From the human T2T-CHM13v2.0 reference genome, Homo sapiens: a stretch of 64,000 bases of DNA. The notes beneath the pieces were generated by a model. The model was not told the DNA's origin. It did no database searches and saw nothing but the letters and a program-made list of their open reading frames with translations. Shown here in pieces: positions 34,501-49,630 of this stretch. The stretch lies in assembly GCF_009914755.1 (NCBI RefSeq), contig NC_060927.1; one strand, written 5' to 3'. Both the position numbers and the translations under genes were made by a program. Positions within the stretch are counted from its first letter, which is position 1. Each line of letters begins with the position of its first letter.

Positions 34501-37300
34501 TTATATACTGTACATAAAATATGAAAGTACCCAACGTATATACTCTATACTGTACAAAAAATATCAAAGTACCCAAAGCATGTATTATATACTGTACATA
34601 AAGTAAGAAAGTACATCAAATATATATTTTATTCTGTACATAAAATATCAAGGTACACCAGATATATATTCTATAGTGTACATAAAATATCAAAGTACCC
34701 AAACTATAAATTATATACTGTACATAAAATATGAAATTACATCAAATATATATTATATTAGGTACATAAAATATGAAAGTACATCAAATATAGATTATAT
34801 ACTCTACATTAAATACCAAAGTACCCCAAATATATGTTTTATACTGTACATGAAATATCAAAGTTCACAAAGTATATATTATATACTGTACATAAAATAT
34901 CAAAGTACCCAAGGTATATATTCTATACTGTACAAAAGATATCAAAGTACCCAAAGCATGTATTATATACTGTACATAAAATATGAAAGTACATCATATA
35001 TATATTTTATTCTGTACATAAAATATTAAAGTACACCAGATATATATTCTATAGTGTACATAAAATATCAAAGTACCCAAACTATACATTATATACTGTA
35101 CATAAAATATGAAATTACATCAAATATATATTAAGTACATAAAATATGAAAGTACATCAAATATAGATTATATACTGTACATAAAATATCAATGTACACC
35201 AAATATATATTATATACTCTACATGAAATATCAAAGTTCACAAACTATATATTATATACTGTCCATAAAATATCAAAGTACCCAAGGTATATATTCTATA
35301 CTGTACAAAAAATATCAAAGTAAACAAAGCATGTATTATATACTGTACCTAAAATATGAAAGTACATCAAATATATATTTTATTCTGTACATAAAATATC
35401 AAAGTACACCAGATATATATTCTATAGTGTATATAAAATATCAAAGTACCCAAACTATACATTATATACTGTACATAAAATATGAAATTACATCAAATAT
35501 ATATTATATTAGGTACATAAAATATGAAAGTACATGAGTATAGATTATATACTGTACATAAAATATCAAAGTACCCCAAATTTATATTATATACTATACA
35601 TGAAATATCAAAGTTCACAAACTATATATTATATACTGTACATAAAATATCAAAGTACCCAAGGTATATATTGTATAGTGTACAAAAAATATCAAAGTAC
35701 GCAAAGCATGTATTATATACCGTACATAAAATATAAAATTACATCAAATATATATTTTATTCTGTACATAAAATATCAAAGTACACCAGATATATATACT
35801 ATAGTGTACATAAAATATCAAAGTACCCACACTATACATCATACACTGCACATAAAATATGAAATTACATCAAATATATATTAGGTACATAAAATATGAA
35901 AGTACATCAAATATAGATTATATACTGTACATTAAGTACCAAAGTACCCCAAATATATATTTTATACTGTACATGAAATATCAAAGTTCACAAACTATAT
36001 ATTATATACTGTACATAAAATATCAAAGTACCCAAGGTATATATTCTATACTGTACAAAAAATATCAAAGTACCCAAAGCATGTATTATATACTGTACAT
36101 AAAGTATGAAAGTACATCAAATATATATTTTATTCTGTACATAAAATATCGAGGTACACCAGATATATATTCTATAGTGTACATAAAATATCAAAGTACC
36201 CAAACTATAAATTATATACTGTACATAAAATATGAAATTACATCAAATATATATTATATTAGGTACATAAAATATGAAAGTACATCAAATATAGATTATA
36301 TACTCTACATTAAATACCAAAGTACCCCAAATATATATTTTATACTGTACATGAAATATCAAAGTTCACAAAGTATATATTATATACTGTACATAAAATA
36401 TCAAAGTACCCAAGGTATATATTCTATACTGTACAAAAGATATCAAAGTACCCAAAGCATGTATTATATACTGTACATAAAATATGAAAGTACATCATAT
36501 ATATATTTTATTCTGTACATAAAATATTAAAGTACACCAGATATATATTCTATAGTGTACATAAAATATCAAAGTACCCAAACTATACATTATATACCGT
36601 ACATAAAATATGAAATTACATCAAATATATATTAGGTACATAAAATATGAAAGTACATCAAATATGGATTATATACTGTACATAAAATATCAATGTACAC
36701 CAAATATATATTATATACTCTACATGAAATATCAAAGTTCACAAACTATATATTGTATACTGTCCATAAAATATCAAAGTACCCAAGGTATATATTCTAT
36801 ACTGTACAAAAAATATCAAAGTACCCAAAGCATGTATTATATACTGTACCTAAAATATGAAAGTACATCAAATATATATTTTATTCTGTACATAAAATAT
36901 CAAAGTACACCAGATATATATTCTATAGTGTATATAAAATATCAAAGTACCCAAACTATACATTATGTACTGTACATAAAATATGAAATTACATCAAATA
37001 TATATTATATTAGGTACATAAAATATGAAAGTACATCAAATATAGATTATATACTGTACATAAAATATCAAAGTACCCCGAATATATATTATATACTCTA
37101 CATGAAATATCAAAGTTCACAAACTATATATTATATACTGTACATAAAATATCAAAGTACCCAAGGTATATATTCTATACTGTACAAAAAATATCAAGGT
37201 ACCCAAAGCATGTATTATATACTGTACATAAAATATGAAAGTACATCAAATATATATTTTATTCTGTACATAAAATATCAAAGTACACCAGATATATATT
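31520..37300 (+). repeat. Duplication with 4349-bp offset (about 31520-32920 vs 35880-37270)
   Basis: Private variants TATCGAGGTAC (31801/36150), AATATGGATT (about 32313/36662), CATTATGTAC, CCCCGAAT and CAAGGTACCCAAAGC at constant offset. ORFs 32261/36610. Confidence 0.85.
32900..35890 (+). repeat. Long-range sister copy of about 5900-8870 (offset 27021-27022)
   Basis: Variants shared between these two copies: TACCACAAATATATATTATA, AGTGAACAT, TACTCTATAC, AAGTAAGAA, ATATGTTTT, AGTAAACAAAGC, AGTACGCAA. ORFs 6467/33488, 7654/34676, 8087/35109. Confidence 0.88.
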
Positions 37301-40300
37301 CTATAGTGTATATAAAATATCAAAGTACCCAAACTATACATTATATACTGTACATAAAATATGAAATTACATCAAATATATATTATATTAGGTACATAAA
37401 ATATGAAAGTACATGAAGTATAGATTATATACTGTACATAAAATATCAAAGTACCCCAAATTTATATTATATACTATACATGAAATATCAAAGTTCACAA
37501 ACTATATATTATATACTGTACATAAAATATCAAAGTACCCAAGGTATATATTCTATAGTGTACAAAAAATATCAAAGTACCCAAAGCATGTATTATATAC
37601 CGTACATAAAATATAAAATTACATCAAATATATATTTTATTCTGTACATAAAATATCAAAGTACACCAGATATATATACTATAGTGTACATAAAATATCA
37701 AAGTACCCAAACTATACATTATACACTGTACATAAAATATGAAATTACATCAAATATATATTAGGTACATAAAATATGAAAGTACATCAAATATAGATTA
37801 TATACTGTAAATATAATATCAATGTACCACAAATATATATTTTATACTCTACATGAAATATCAAAGTTCACAAACCATATATTATATACTGTACATAAAA
37901 TATCAAAGTACCCAAGGTATATATTCTATACTGTACAAAAAATATCAAAGTACCCAAAGCATGTATTATATACTGTATATAAAATATGAAAGTACATCAA
38001 ATATATATTTTATTCTGTACATAAAATATCAAAGTACACCAGATATATATTCTATAGTGTACATAAAATATCAAAGTACCCAAACTATACATTATATACT
38101 GTACATAAAATATGAAATTACATCAAATATATATTATATTAGGTACATGAAATATGAAAGTACATCAAATATAGATTATATACTGTATATAAAATATGAA
38201 AGTACCCCAAATATATATTATATACTCTACATGAAATATCAAAGTTCACAAACTATATATTATATACTGTCCATAAAATATCAAAGTACCCAAGGTATAT
38301 ATTCTATACTGTACAAAAAATATCAAAGTATCCAAAGCATGTATTATATAGTGTATATAAAATATGAAATTACATCAAATATATATTTTATTCTGTACAT
38401 AAAATATCAAAGTACACCAGATATATATTCTATAGTGTACATAAAATATCAAAGTACCCAAACTATACATTATATACTGTACATAAAATATGAAATTACA
38501 GCAAATATATATTATATTAGGTACATAAAATATGAAAGTACATCAAATATAGATTATATACTGTACATTAAATACCAAAGTACCCCAAATATATATTTTA
38601 TACTGTACATGAAATATCAAAGTTCACAAACTATATATTATATACTGTACATAAAATATCAATGTACCCAAGGTATATATTCTATACTGCACAAAAAATA
38701 TCAAAGTACCCAAAGCATGTATTATATACTGCATATAAAATATGAAAGTACATCAAATGTATATTTTATTCTGTACATAAAATATCAAAGTACACCAGAT
38801 ATATATTCTATAGTGTACATAAAATAACAAAGTACACAAACTATAAATTATATCCTGTACATAAAATATGAAATTACATCAAATATATAGTAGGTACATA
38901 AAATATGAAAGTACATCAAATATAGATTATATACTGTACATAAAATATCAATGTACCCCAAATATATATTTTATACTCTACATGAAATATCAAAGTTCAC
39001 AAACCATATATTATATACTGTACATAAAATATTAAATACCCAAGGTATATATTCTATACTATACAAAAAATATCAAAGTACCCAAAGCATGTATTATATA
39101 CTGTACATAAAATATGAAAGTACATCAAATATATATTTTATTCTGTACATAAAATATCAAAGTACACTAGATATATATTCTATAGTGTACATAAAATATC
39201 AAAATACCCAAACTATACATTATATACTGTACATAAAATATGAGATTACATCAAATATATATTATATTAGGTACATAAAATATGAAAGTACATCAAATAT
39301 AGATTATATACTGTACATAAAATATCAAAGTACCCCGAATATATATTATATACTCTACATGAAATATCAAAGTTCACAAACTATATATTCTATACTGTAC
39401 AAAAAATATCAAAGTACCCAAAGCATGTATTACATACTGTAGATAATATATGAAAGTACATCAAATATATATTTTATTCTGTACATAAAATATCAAAGTA
39501 CACCAGATATATATTCTATAGTGTACATAAAATATCAAAGTACCCAAACTATACATTATATACTGTAGATAAAATATGAAATTACATCAAATATATATTA
39601 GGTACATAAAATATGAAAGTACATCAAATAGATATTTTATTCTGTACATAAAATATCAAAGTACACCAGATATATATTCTATAGTGTACATAAAATAACA
39701 AAGTACACAAACTATAAATTATATACTGTACATAAAATATGAAATTACATCAAATATATATTAGGTACATAAAATATGAAAGTATATCAAATATAGATTA
39801 TATACTGTACATATAATATCAATGTACCCGAAATATATATTTTATACTCTACATGAAATATCAAAGTTCACAAACCATATATAGTATACTGCACATAAAA
39901 TATCAAAATTCCCAAGGTATATATTCTATACTGTACAAAAAATATCAAAGTACCCAAAGCATGTATTATATAATGTACATAAAATATGAAAGTACATCAA
40001 ATATATATTTTATTCTGTACATAAAATATCAAAGTACACCAGATATATATTCTATAGTGTACATAAAATATCAAAGTACCCAAACTATACATTATATACT
40101 GTACATAAAATATGAAATTACAGCAAATATATATTATATTAGGTACATAAAATATGAAAGTACATCAAATATATATTTTATTCTGTACATAAAATATCAA
40201 AGTACACCAGATATATATTCTATATTGTACATAAAATAACAAAGTACACAAACTATAAATTATATACTGTACATAAAATATGAAATTACATCAAATATAT

Positions 40301-43300
40301 ATTAGGTACATAAAATATGAAAGTACATCAAATATAGATTATATACTGTACATATAATATCAATGTACCAGAAATATATATTTTATACTCTACATGAAAT
40401 ATCAAAGTTCACAAACCATATATTGTATACTGCACATAAAATATCAAAATACCCAAGGTATATATTCTATACTGTACAAAAAATATCAAAGTACCCAAAG
40501 CAGGTATTATATACTGTACATAAAATATGAAAGTACATCAAATATATATTTTATTCTGTACATAAAATATCAAAGTACACCAGATATATATTCTATAGCG
40601 TATATAAAATATCAAAGTACACAAACTATACATTATATACTGTACATAAAATATGAAATTACATCAAATATATATTATATTAGGTACATAAAATATGAAA
40701 GTACATCAAATATAGATTATATACTGTAAATATAATATTAATGTACCCCAAATATATATTTTATACTCTACATGAAATATCAAAGTTCACAAACCATATA
40801 TTATATACTGTACATAAAATATCAAAGTACCCAAGATATATATTCTATACTGTACAAAAAATATCAAAGTACCCAAAGCATGTATTATATACTGTACATA
40901 AAATATGAAAGTACATCAAATATATATTTTATTCTGTACATAAAATATCAAAGTACACCAGATATATATTCTATAGTGTACATAAAATAACAAAGTACAC
41001 AAACTATAAATTATATAATGTACATAAAATATGAAATTACATCAAATATATATTAGGTACATAAAATATGAAAGTACATCAAATATAGATTATATACTGT
41101 ACATATAATATCAATGTACCCGAAATATATATTTTATACTCTACATCTAATATCAAAGTTCACAAACCATATATTGTATACTGCACATAAAATATCAAAA
41201 TACCCAAGGTATATATTCTATACTGTACAAAAAATATCAAAGTACCCAAAGCAGGTATTATATACTGTACATAAAATATGAAAGTACATCAAATATATAT
41301 TTTATTCTGTACATAAAATATCAAAGTACACCAGATATATATTCTATAGCGTACATAAAATATCAAAGTACACAAACTATACATTATATACTGTACATAA
41401 AATATGAAATTACATCAAATATATATTATATTAGGTACATAAAATATGAAAGAACATCAAATATAGATTATATACTGTACATTAAATACCAAAGTACCCC
41501 AAATATATATTTTATACTGAACATGAAATTTCAAAGTTCACAAAGTATATATTATATACTGTACATAAAATATCAAAGTACCCAAGGTATATATTCTATA
41601 CTGTGCAAAAAATATCAAAGTACCCAAAGCATGTATTATATACTGTATATAAAATATGAAAGTACATCAAATACATATTTTATTCTGTACATAAAATATC
41701 AAAGTACACCAGATATATATTCTATAGTGTACATAAAATATCAAAGTACCCAAACTATACATTATATACTGTACATAAAATATGAAATTACATCAAATAT
41801 ATATTATATTAGGTACATAAAATACGAAAGTACATCAAATATAGATTATATACTGTACATAAAATATCAAAGTACCCCAATATATATTATATACTGTACA
41901 TGAAATATCAAAGTTCACAAACTATATATTATGTACTGTATATAAAATATCAAAGTACCCAAGGTATATATTCTATACTGTACAAAAAATATCAAAGTAC
42001 CCAAAGCATGTATTATATAATGTACATAAAATATGAAAGTACATCAAATATATATTTTATTCTGTACATAAAATATCAAAGAACACCAGATATATATTCT
42101 ATAGTGTACATAAAATATCAAAGTACCCAAACTATACATTATATACTGTACATAAAATATGAAATTACATCATATATATATTATATTAGGTACATAAAAT
42201 ATGAAAGTACATCAAATATAGATTATATACTGTACATTAAGTACCAAAGTACACCAAATATATATTTTATACTGTACATGAAATATCAAAGTTCACAAAC
42301 TATATATTATATACTGTACATAAAATATCAAAGTACCCAAGGTATATATTCTATACTGTACAAAAAATATCAAAGTACCCAAAGCATGTATTATAAACTG
42401 TAAATAAAATATGAAAGTACATCAAATATATATTTTATTCTGTACATAAAATATCAAAGTACACCAGATATATATTCTATAGTGTACATAAAATATCAAA
42501 GTACCCAAACTATACATTATATACTGTACATAAAATATGAAATTACATCAAATATATATTATATTAGGTACATAAAATATGAAAGTACATCAAATATAGA
42601 TTATATACTGTACATAAAATATCAAAGTACCCCAAATATATATTTTATACTCTACATGAAATATCAAAGTTCACAAACCATACATCATATACTTTCCATA
42701 AAATATCAAAGTACCCATGGCATATATTCTATACTGTACAAAAGATATCAAAGTACCCAAAGCATGTATTATATACTGTACATAAAATATGAAAGTACAT
42801 CAAATATATATTTTATTCTGTACATAAAATATCAAATTACACCAGATATATATTCTATAGTGTACATAAAATATCAAAGTACCCAAACTATATATTATAT
42901 ACTGTACATAAAATATGAAATTACATCAAATATGTATTATATTAGGTACATAAAATATGAAAGTACATCAAATATAGATTATATACCGTACATAAAATAT
43001 CAAAGTACCCCAAATATATATTATATACTATACATGAAATATCAAATATCACAAACTATATATTATATACTGTACATAAAATATCAAAGTACCCAATGTA
43101 TATATTCTATAGTGTACAAAAAATATCAAAGTACCCAAAGCATGTATTATATACTGTACATAAAATATAAAAGTACATCAAATATATATTTTATTCTGTA
43201 CATAAAATATGAAAGTACACCAGATATATATTCTATAGTGTACATAAAATATCAAAGTACCCAAACTATACATTATATACTGTACATAAAATATGAAATT

Positions 43301-46300
43301 ACATCAAATATATATTATATTAGGTACTTAAAATATGAAAGTACATCAAATATAGATTATATACTGTACATAAAATATCAAAGTACCCCAAATATATATT
43401 ATATACTGTACATGAAATATCAAAGTTCACAACTATATATTATATACTGTACATAAAATATCAAAGTCCCCAAGGTATATATTCTATACTGTACAAAAAA
43501 TATCAAAGTACACAAAGCATGTATTATATACTGTACATAAAATATGAAATTACATCAAATATATATTATATTAGGTACATAAAATATGAAAGTACATCAA
43601 ATATAGATTGTATACTGTACATAAAATATCACAGTACCCCAAATATATATTATATACTGTACATGTAATATCAAAGTTCACAACTATATATTACATACTG
43701 TACATAAAATATCAAAGTACCCAAGGTATATATTCTATACTGTACAAAAAATATCAAAGTACCCAAAGCATGTATTATATACTGTACATAAAATATGAAA
43801 GTACATCAAATATATATTTTATTCTGTACATAAAATATCAAAGTACACCAGATATATATTCTATAGTGTATATAAAATATCAAAGTACCCAAACTATACA
43901 TTATATACTGTACATAAAATATGAAATTACATCAAATATATATTATATTAGGTACATAAAATATGAAAGTACATGAAGTATAGATTATATACTGTACATA
44001 AAATATCAAAGTACCCCAAATTTATATTATATACTATACATGAAATATCAAAGTTCACAAACTATATATTATATACTGTACATAAAATATCAAAGTACCC
44101 AAGGTATATATTCTATAGTGTACAAAAAATATCAAAGTACCCAAAGCATGTATTATATACCGTACATAAAATATAAAATTACATCAAATATATATTTTAT
44201 TCTGTACATAAAATATCAAAGTACACCAGATATATATTCTATAGAGTACATAAAATATCAAAGTACCCAAACTATACATTACATACTGTACATAAAATAT
44301 GAAATTACATCAAATATATATTATAATAGGTACATAAAATATGAAAGTACATCAAATATAGATTATATACTGTACATTAAATACGAAAGTACCCCAAATA
44401 TATATTTTATACTGTACATGAAATATCAAAGTACCCAAGGTATATATTCTATACTGTACAAAAAATATCAAAGTACCCAAAGCATGTATTACAAACTGTA
44501 CATAAAATATGAAAGTCCATCAAATATATATTTTATTCTGTACATAAAATATCAAAGTACACCAGATATATATTCTATAGTGTACATAAAATATCAAAGT
44601 ACCCAAACTATACATTATATACTGTACATAAAATATGAAATTACATCAAATATATATTATATTAGGTACATAAAATATGAAAGTACATCAAATATAGATT
44701 ATATACTGTACATTAAGTACCAAAGTACCCCAAATATATATTTTATACTGTACATGAAATATCAAAGTTCACAAACTATATATTATATACTGTACATAAA
44801 ATATCAAAGTACCGAAGGTATATATTCTATACTGTACAAAAAATATCAAAGTACCCAAAGCATGTATTATATACTGTACATAAAGTATGAAAGTACATCA
44901 AATATATATTTTATTCTGTACATAAAATATCAAGGTACACCAGATATATATTCTATAGTGTACTTAAAATATCAAAGTACCCAAACTATAAATTATATAC
45001 TGTACATAAAATATGAAATTACATCAAATATATATTATATTAGGTACATAAAATATGAAAGTACATCAAATATAGATTATATACTCTACATTAAATACCA
45101 AAGTACCCCAAATATATATTTTATACTGTACATGAAATATCAAAGTTCACAAAGTATATATTATATACTGTACATAAAATATCAAAGTACCCAAGGTATA
45201 TATTCTATACTGTACAAAAGATATCAAAGTACCCAAAGCATGTATTATATACTGTACATAAAATATGAAAGTACATCATATATATATTTTATTCTGTACA
45301 TAAAATATTAAAGTACACCAGATATATATTCTATAGTGTACATAAAATATCAAAGTACCAAAACTATACATTATATACTGTACATAAAATATGAAATTAC
45401 ATCAAATATATATTAAGTACATAAAATATGAAAGTACATCAAATATAGATTATATACTGTACATAAAATATCAATGTACACCAAATATATATTATATACT
45501 CTACATGAAATATCAAAGTTCACAAACTATATATTATATACTGTCCATAAAATATCAAAGTACCCAAGGTATATATTCTATACTGTACAAAAATTATCAA
45601 AGTACCCAAAGCATGTATTATATACTGTAACTAAAATATGAAAGTACATCAAATATATATTTTATTCTGTACATAAAATATCAAAGTACACCAGATATAT
45701 ATTCTATAGTGTATATAAAATATCAAAGTACCCAAACTATATATTATATACTGTACATAAAATATGAAATTACATCAAATATATATTATATTAGGTACAT
45801 AAAATATGAAAGTACATCAAATATAGATTATATACTGTACATAAAATATCAAAGTACCCCGAATATATATTATATACTCTACATGAAATATCAAAGTTCA
45901 CAAACTATATATTATATACTGTACATAAAATATCAAAGTACCCAAGGTATATATTCTATACTCTACAAAAAATATCAAAGTACCCAAAGCATGTATTATA
46001 TACTGTATATAAAATAAGAAAGTACATTAAATATATATTTTATTCTGTACATAAAATATCAAAGTACACCAGATATATATTCTATAGTGTACATAAAATA
46101 ACAAAGTACACAAACTATAAATTATATACTGTACATAAAATATGAAATTACATCAAACATATATTAGGTACATAAAATATGAAAGTACATCAAATGTAGA
46201 TTATATACTGAACATATAATATCAATGTACCCCAAATATATATTTGATACTCTACATGAAATATCAAAGTTCAGAAACCATACATTATATACTGTACATA

Positions 46301-46449
46301 AAATATCAAAGTACCCAAGGTATATATTCTATACTGTACAAAAAATATCAAGGTACCCAAAGCATGTATTATATACTGTACATAAAATATGAAAGTACAT
46401 CAAATATATATTTTATTCTGTACATAAAATATCAAAGTACACCAGATAT

Positions 46450-49400
46450 ATATTCTATAGTGTACATAAAATAACAAAGTACCCAAACTATACATTATAT
46501 ACTGTACATAAAATATGAAATTACATCAAATATATATTAGGTACATAAAATATGAAAGAACATCAAACATAGATTATATACTGTACAAAAAATATCAAAG
46601 TACCCCAAATATATATTATATACTCTACATGAAATATCAAATTTCACAAACCATATATTATATACTGTACATAAAATATCAAAGTACCCAAGGTATATAT
46701 TCTATACTGTACAAAAAATATCAAAGTACCCAAAGCATGTATTATATACTGTATATAAAATATGAAAGTACATCAAATATATATTTTATTCTGTACATAA
46801 AATATCAAAGTACACCAGATATATATTCTATAGTGTACATAAAATAACAAAGTACACAAACTATAAATTATATACTGTACATAAAATATGAAATTACATC
46901 AAATATATATTAGGTACATAAAATATGAAAGTACATCAAATATAGATTATATACTGTACATATAATATCAATGTACCCGAAATATATATTTTATACTCTA
47001 CATGAAATATCAAAGTTCACAAACCATATATTATATACTGTACATAAAATATCAAAGTACCCAAGGTATATATTCTATACTGTACAAAAAATATCAAAGT
47101 ACCCAAAGCATGTATTATATACTGTACATAAAATATGAAATTACATCAAATATATATTTTATTCTGTACATAAAATATCAAAGTACACCAGATATATATT
47201 CTATAGTGTACATAAAATATCAAAGTACCCAAACTATACATTATATACTGTACATAAAATGTGAAATTACATCAAATATATATTATATTAGGTACATAAA
47301 ATATGAAAGTACATCAAATATAGATTATATACTGTACATTAAATACCAATATACCCCAAATATATATTTTACACTGTACATGAAATATCAAAGTTCACAC
47401 ACTATATATTATATACTGTACATAAAATATCAAAGTACCCAAGGTATATATTCTATACTGTACAAAAGATATCAAAGTACCCAAAGCAAGTATTATATAC
47501 TGTACATAAAATATGAAAGTACATCAAATATATATTTTATTCTGTACATAAAATATCAAAGTACACCAGATATATATTCTATAGTGTACATAAAATATCA
47601 AAGTACCCAAACTATACATTATATACTGTACATAAAATATGAAATTACATCAAATATATATTATATTAGGTACATAAAATAAGAAAGTACATCAAATATA
47701 GATTATATACTGTACATAAAATATCAAAGTACCCCAAATATATATTATATACTCTACATGAAATATCAAAGTTCACAAACTATATATTATATACTGTACA
47801 TAAAATATCAAAGTACCCAAGGTATATATTCTATACTGTACAAAAAATATCAAAGTATCCAAAGCATGTTTTATATACTGTATATAAAATATGAAAGTAC
47901 ATTAAAGATATATTTTATTCTGTACATAAAATATCAAAATACACCAGATATATATTCTATAGTGTACATAAAATAACAAAGTACACAAACTATAAATTAT
48001 ATACTGTACATAAAATATGAAATTACATCAAATATATATTAGGTACATAAAATATGAAAGTACATCAAATATAGATTATATACTGTACATATAATATCAA
48101 TGTACCCCAAATATATATTTTATACTCTACATGAAATATCAAAGTTCACAAACCATACATTATATACTGTACATAAAATATCAAAGTACCCAAGTTATAT
48201 ATTCTATACTGTACAAAAGATATCAAAGTACCCAAAGCATGTATTATATACTGTATATAAAATATGAAAGTACATCAAATATATATTATATACTGTACAT
48301 AAAATATCAAAGTACACCAGATATATATTTTATAGTGTACATAAAATATCAAAGTACCCAAACTATACATTATATACTGTACATAAAATATGAGATTACA
48401 TCAAATATATATTATATTAGGTACATAAAATATGAAAGTACATCAGATATAGATTATATACTGTACATAAAATATCAAAGTACCCCAAATATATATTATA
48501 TACTCTACATGAAATATCAAAGTTCACAAACTATATATTATATACTGTACATAAAATATCAAAGTACCCAAGGTATATATTCTATACTGTACAAAAAATA
48601 TCAAAATACCCAAAGCATGTATTATATACTGTATATAAAATATGAAAATACATTAAATATATATTTTATTCTGTACATAAAATATCAAAGTACACCAGAT
48701 ATATATTCTATAGTGTACATAAAATAACAAAGTACACAAACTATAAATTATATACTGTACGTAAAATATGAAATTACATCAAATATATATTAGGTACATA
48801 AAATATGAAAGTACATCAAATATAGATTATATACTGTACATATAATATCAATGTACCACAAATATATATTTTATACTCTACATGAAATATCAAAGTTCAG
48901 AAACCATACATTATATACTTTCCATAAAATATCAAAGTACCCATGGCATATATTCTATACTGTACAAAAGATATCAAAGTACCCAAATCATGTATTATAT
49001 ACTGTACATAAAATATGAAAGTACATCAAATATATATTTTATTCTGTACATAAAATATGAAAGTACACCAGATATATATTCTATAGTGTACATAAAATAT
49101 CAAAGTACCCAAACTATATATTATATACTGTACATAAAATATGAAATTACATCAAATATGTATTATATTAGGTACATAAAATATGAAAGTACATCAAATA
49201 TAGATTATATACCGTACATAAAATATCAAAGTACCCCAAATATATATTATATACTATACATGAAATATCAAATATCACAAACTATATATTATATACTGTA
49301 CATAAAATATCAAAGTACCCAATGTATATATACTATAGTGTACAAAAAATATCAAAGTACCCAAAGCATGTATTATATACTGTACATAAAATATAAAAGT

Positions 49401-49630
49401 ACATCAAATATATATTTTATTCTGTACATAAAATATGAAAGTACACCAGATATATATTCTATAGTGTACATAAAATATCAAAGTACCCAAACTATACATT
49501 ATATACTGTACATAAAATATGAAATTACATCAAATATATATTATATTAGGTACTTAAAATATGAAAGTACATCAAATATAGATTATATACTGTACATAAA
49601 ATATCAAAGTACCCCAAATATATATTATAT
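46450..49630 (+). repeat. Long-range copy of window positions about 130-3300 (offset 46327); another copy at about 27640-30270 (offset 26972)
   Basis: ORF starts 188/46515, 675/47002, 1431/47758/28403, 1804/48131/28776, 2555/48882/29526. Shared markers GAAAGAACATCAAACATAG (first two only), AAATGTGAAATT, ACCAATATACC, TCACACACT, TGTACGTAA, CTTTCCATA, CCCATGGC. Confidence 0.88.
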
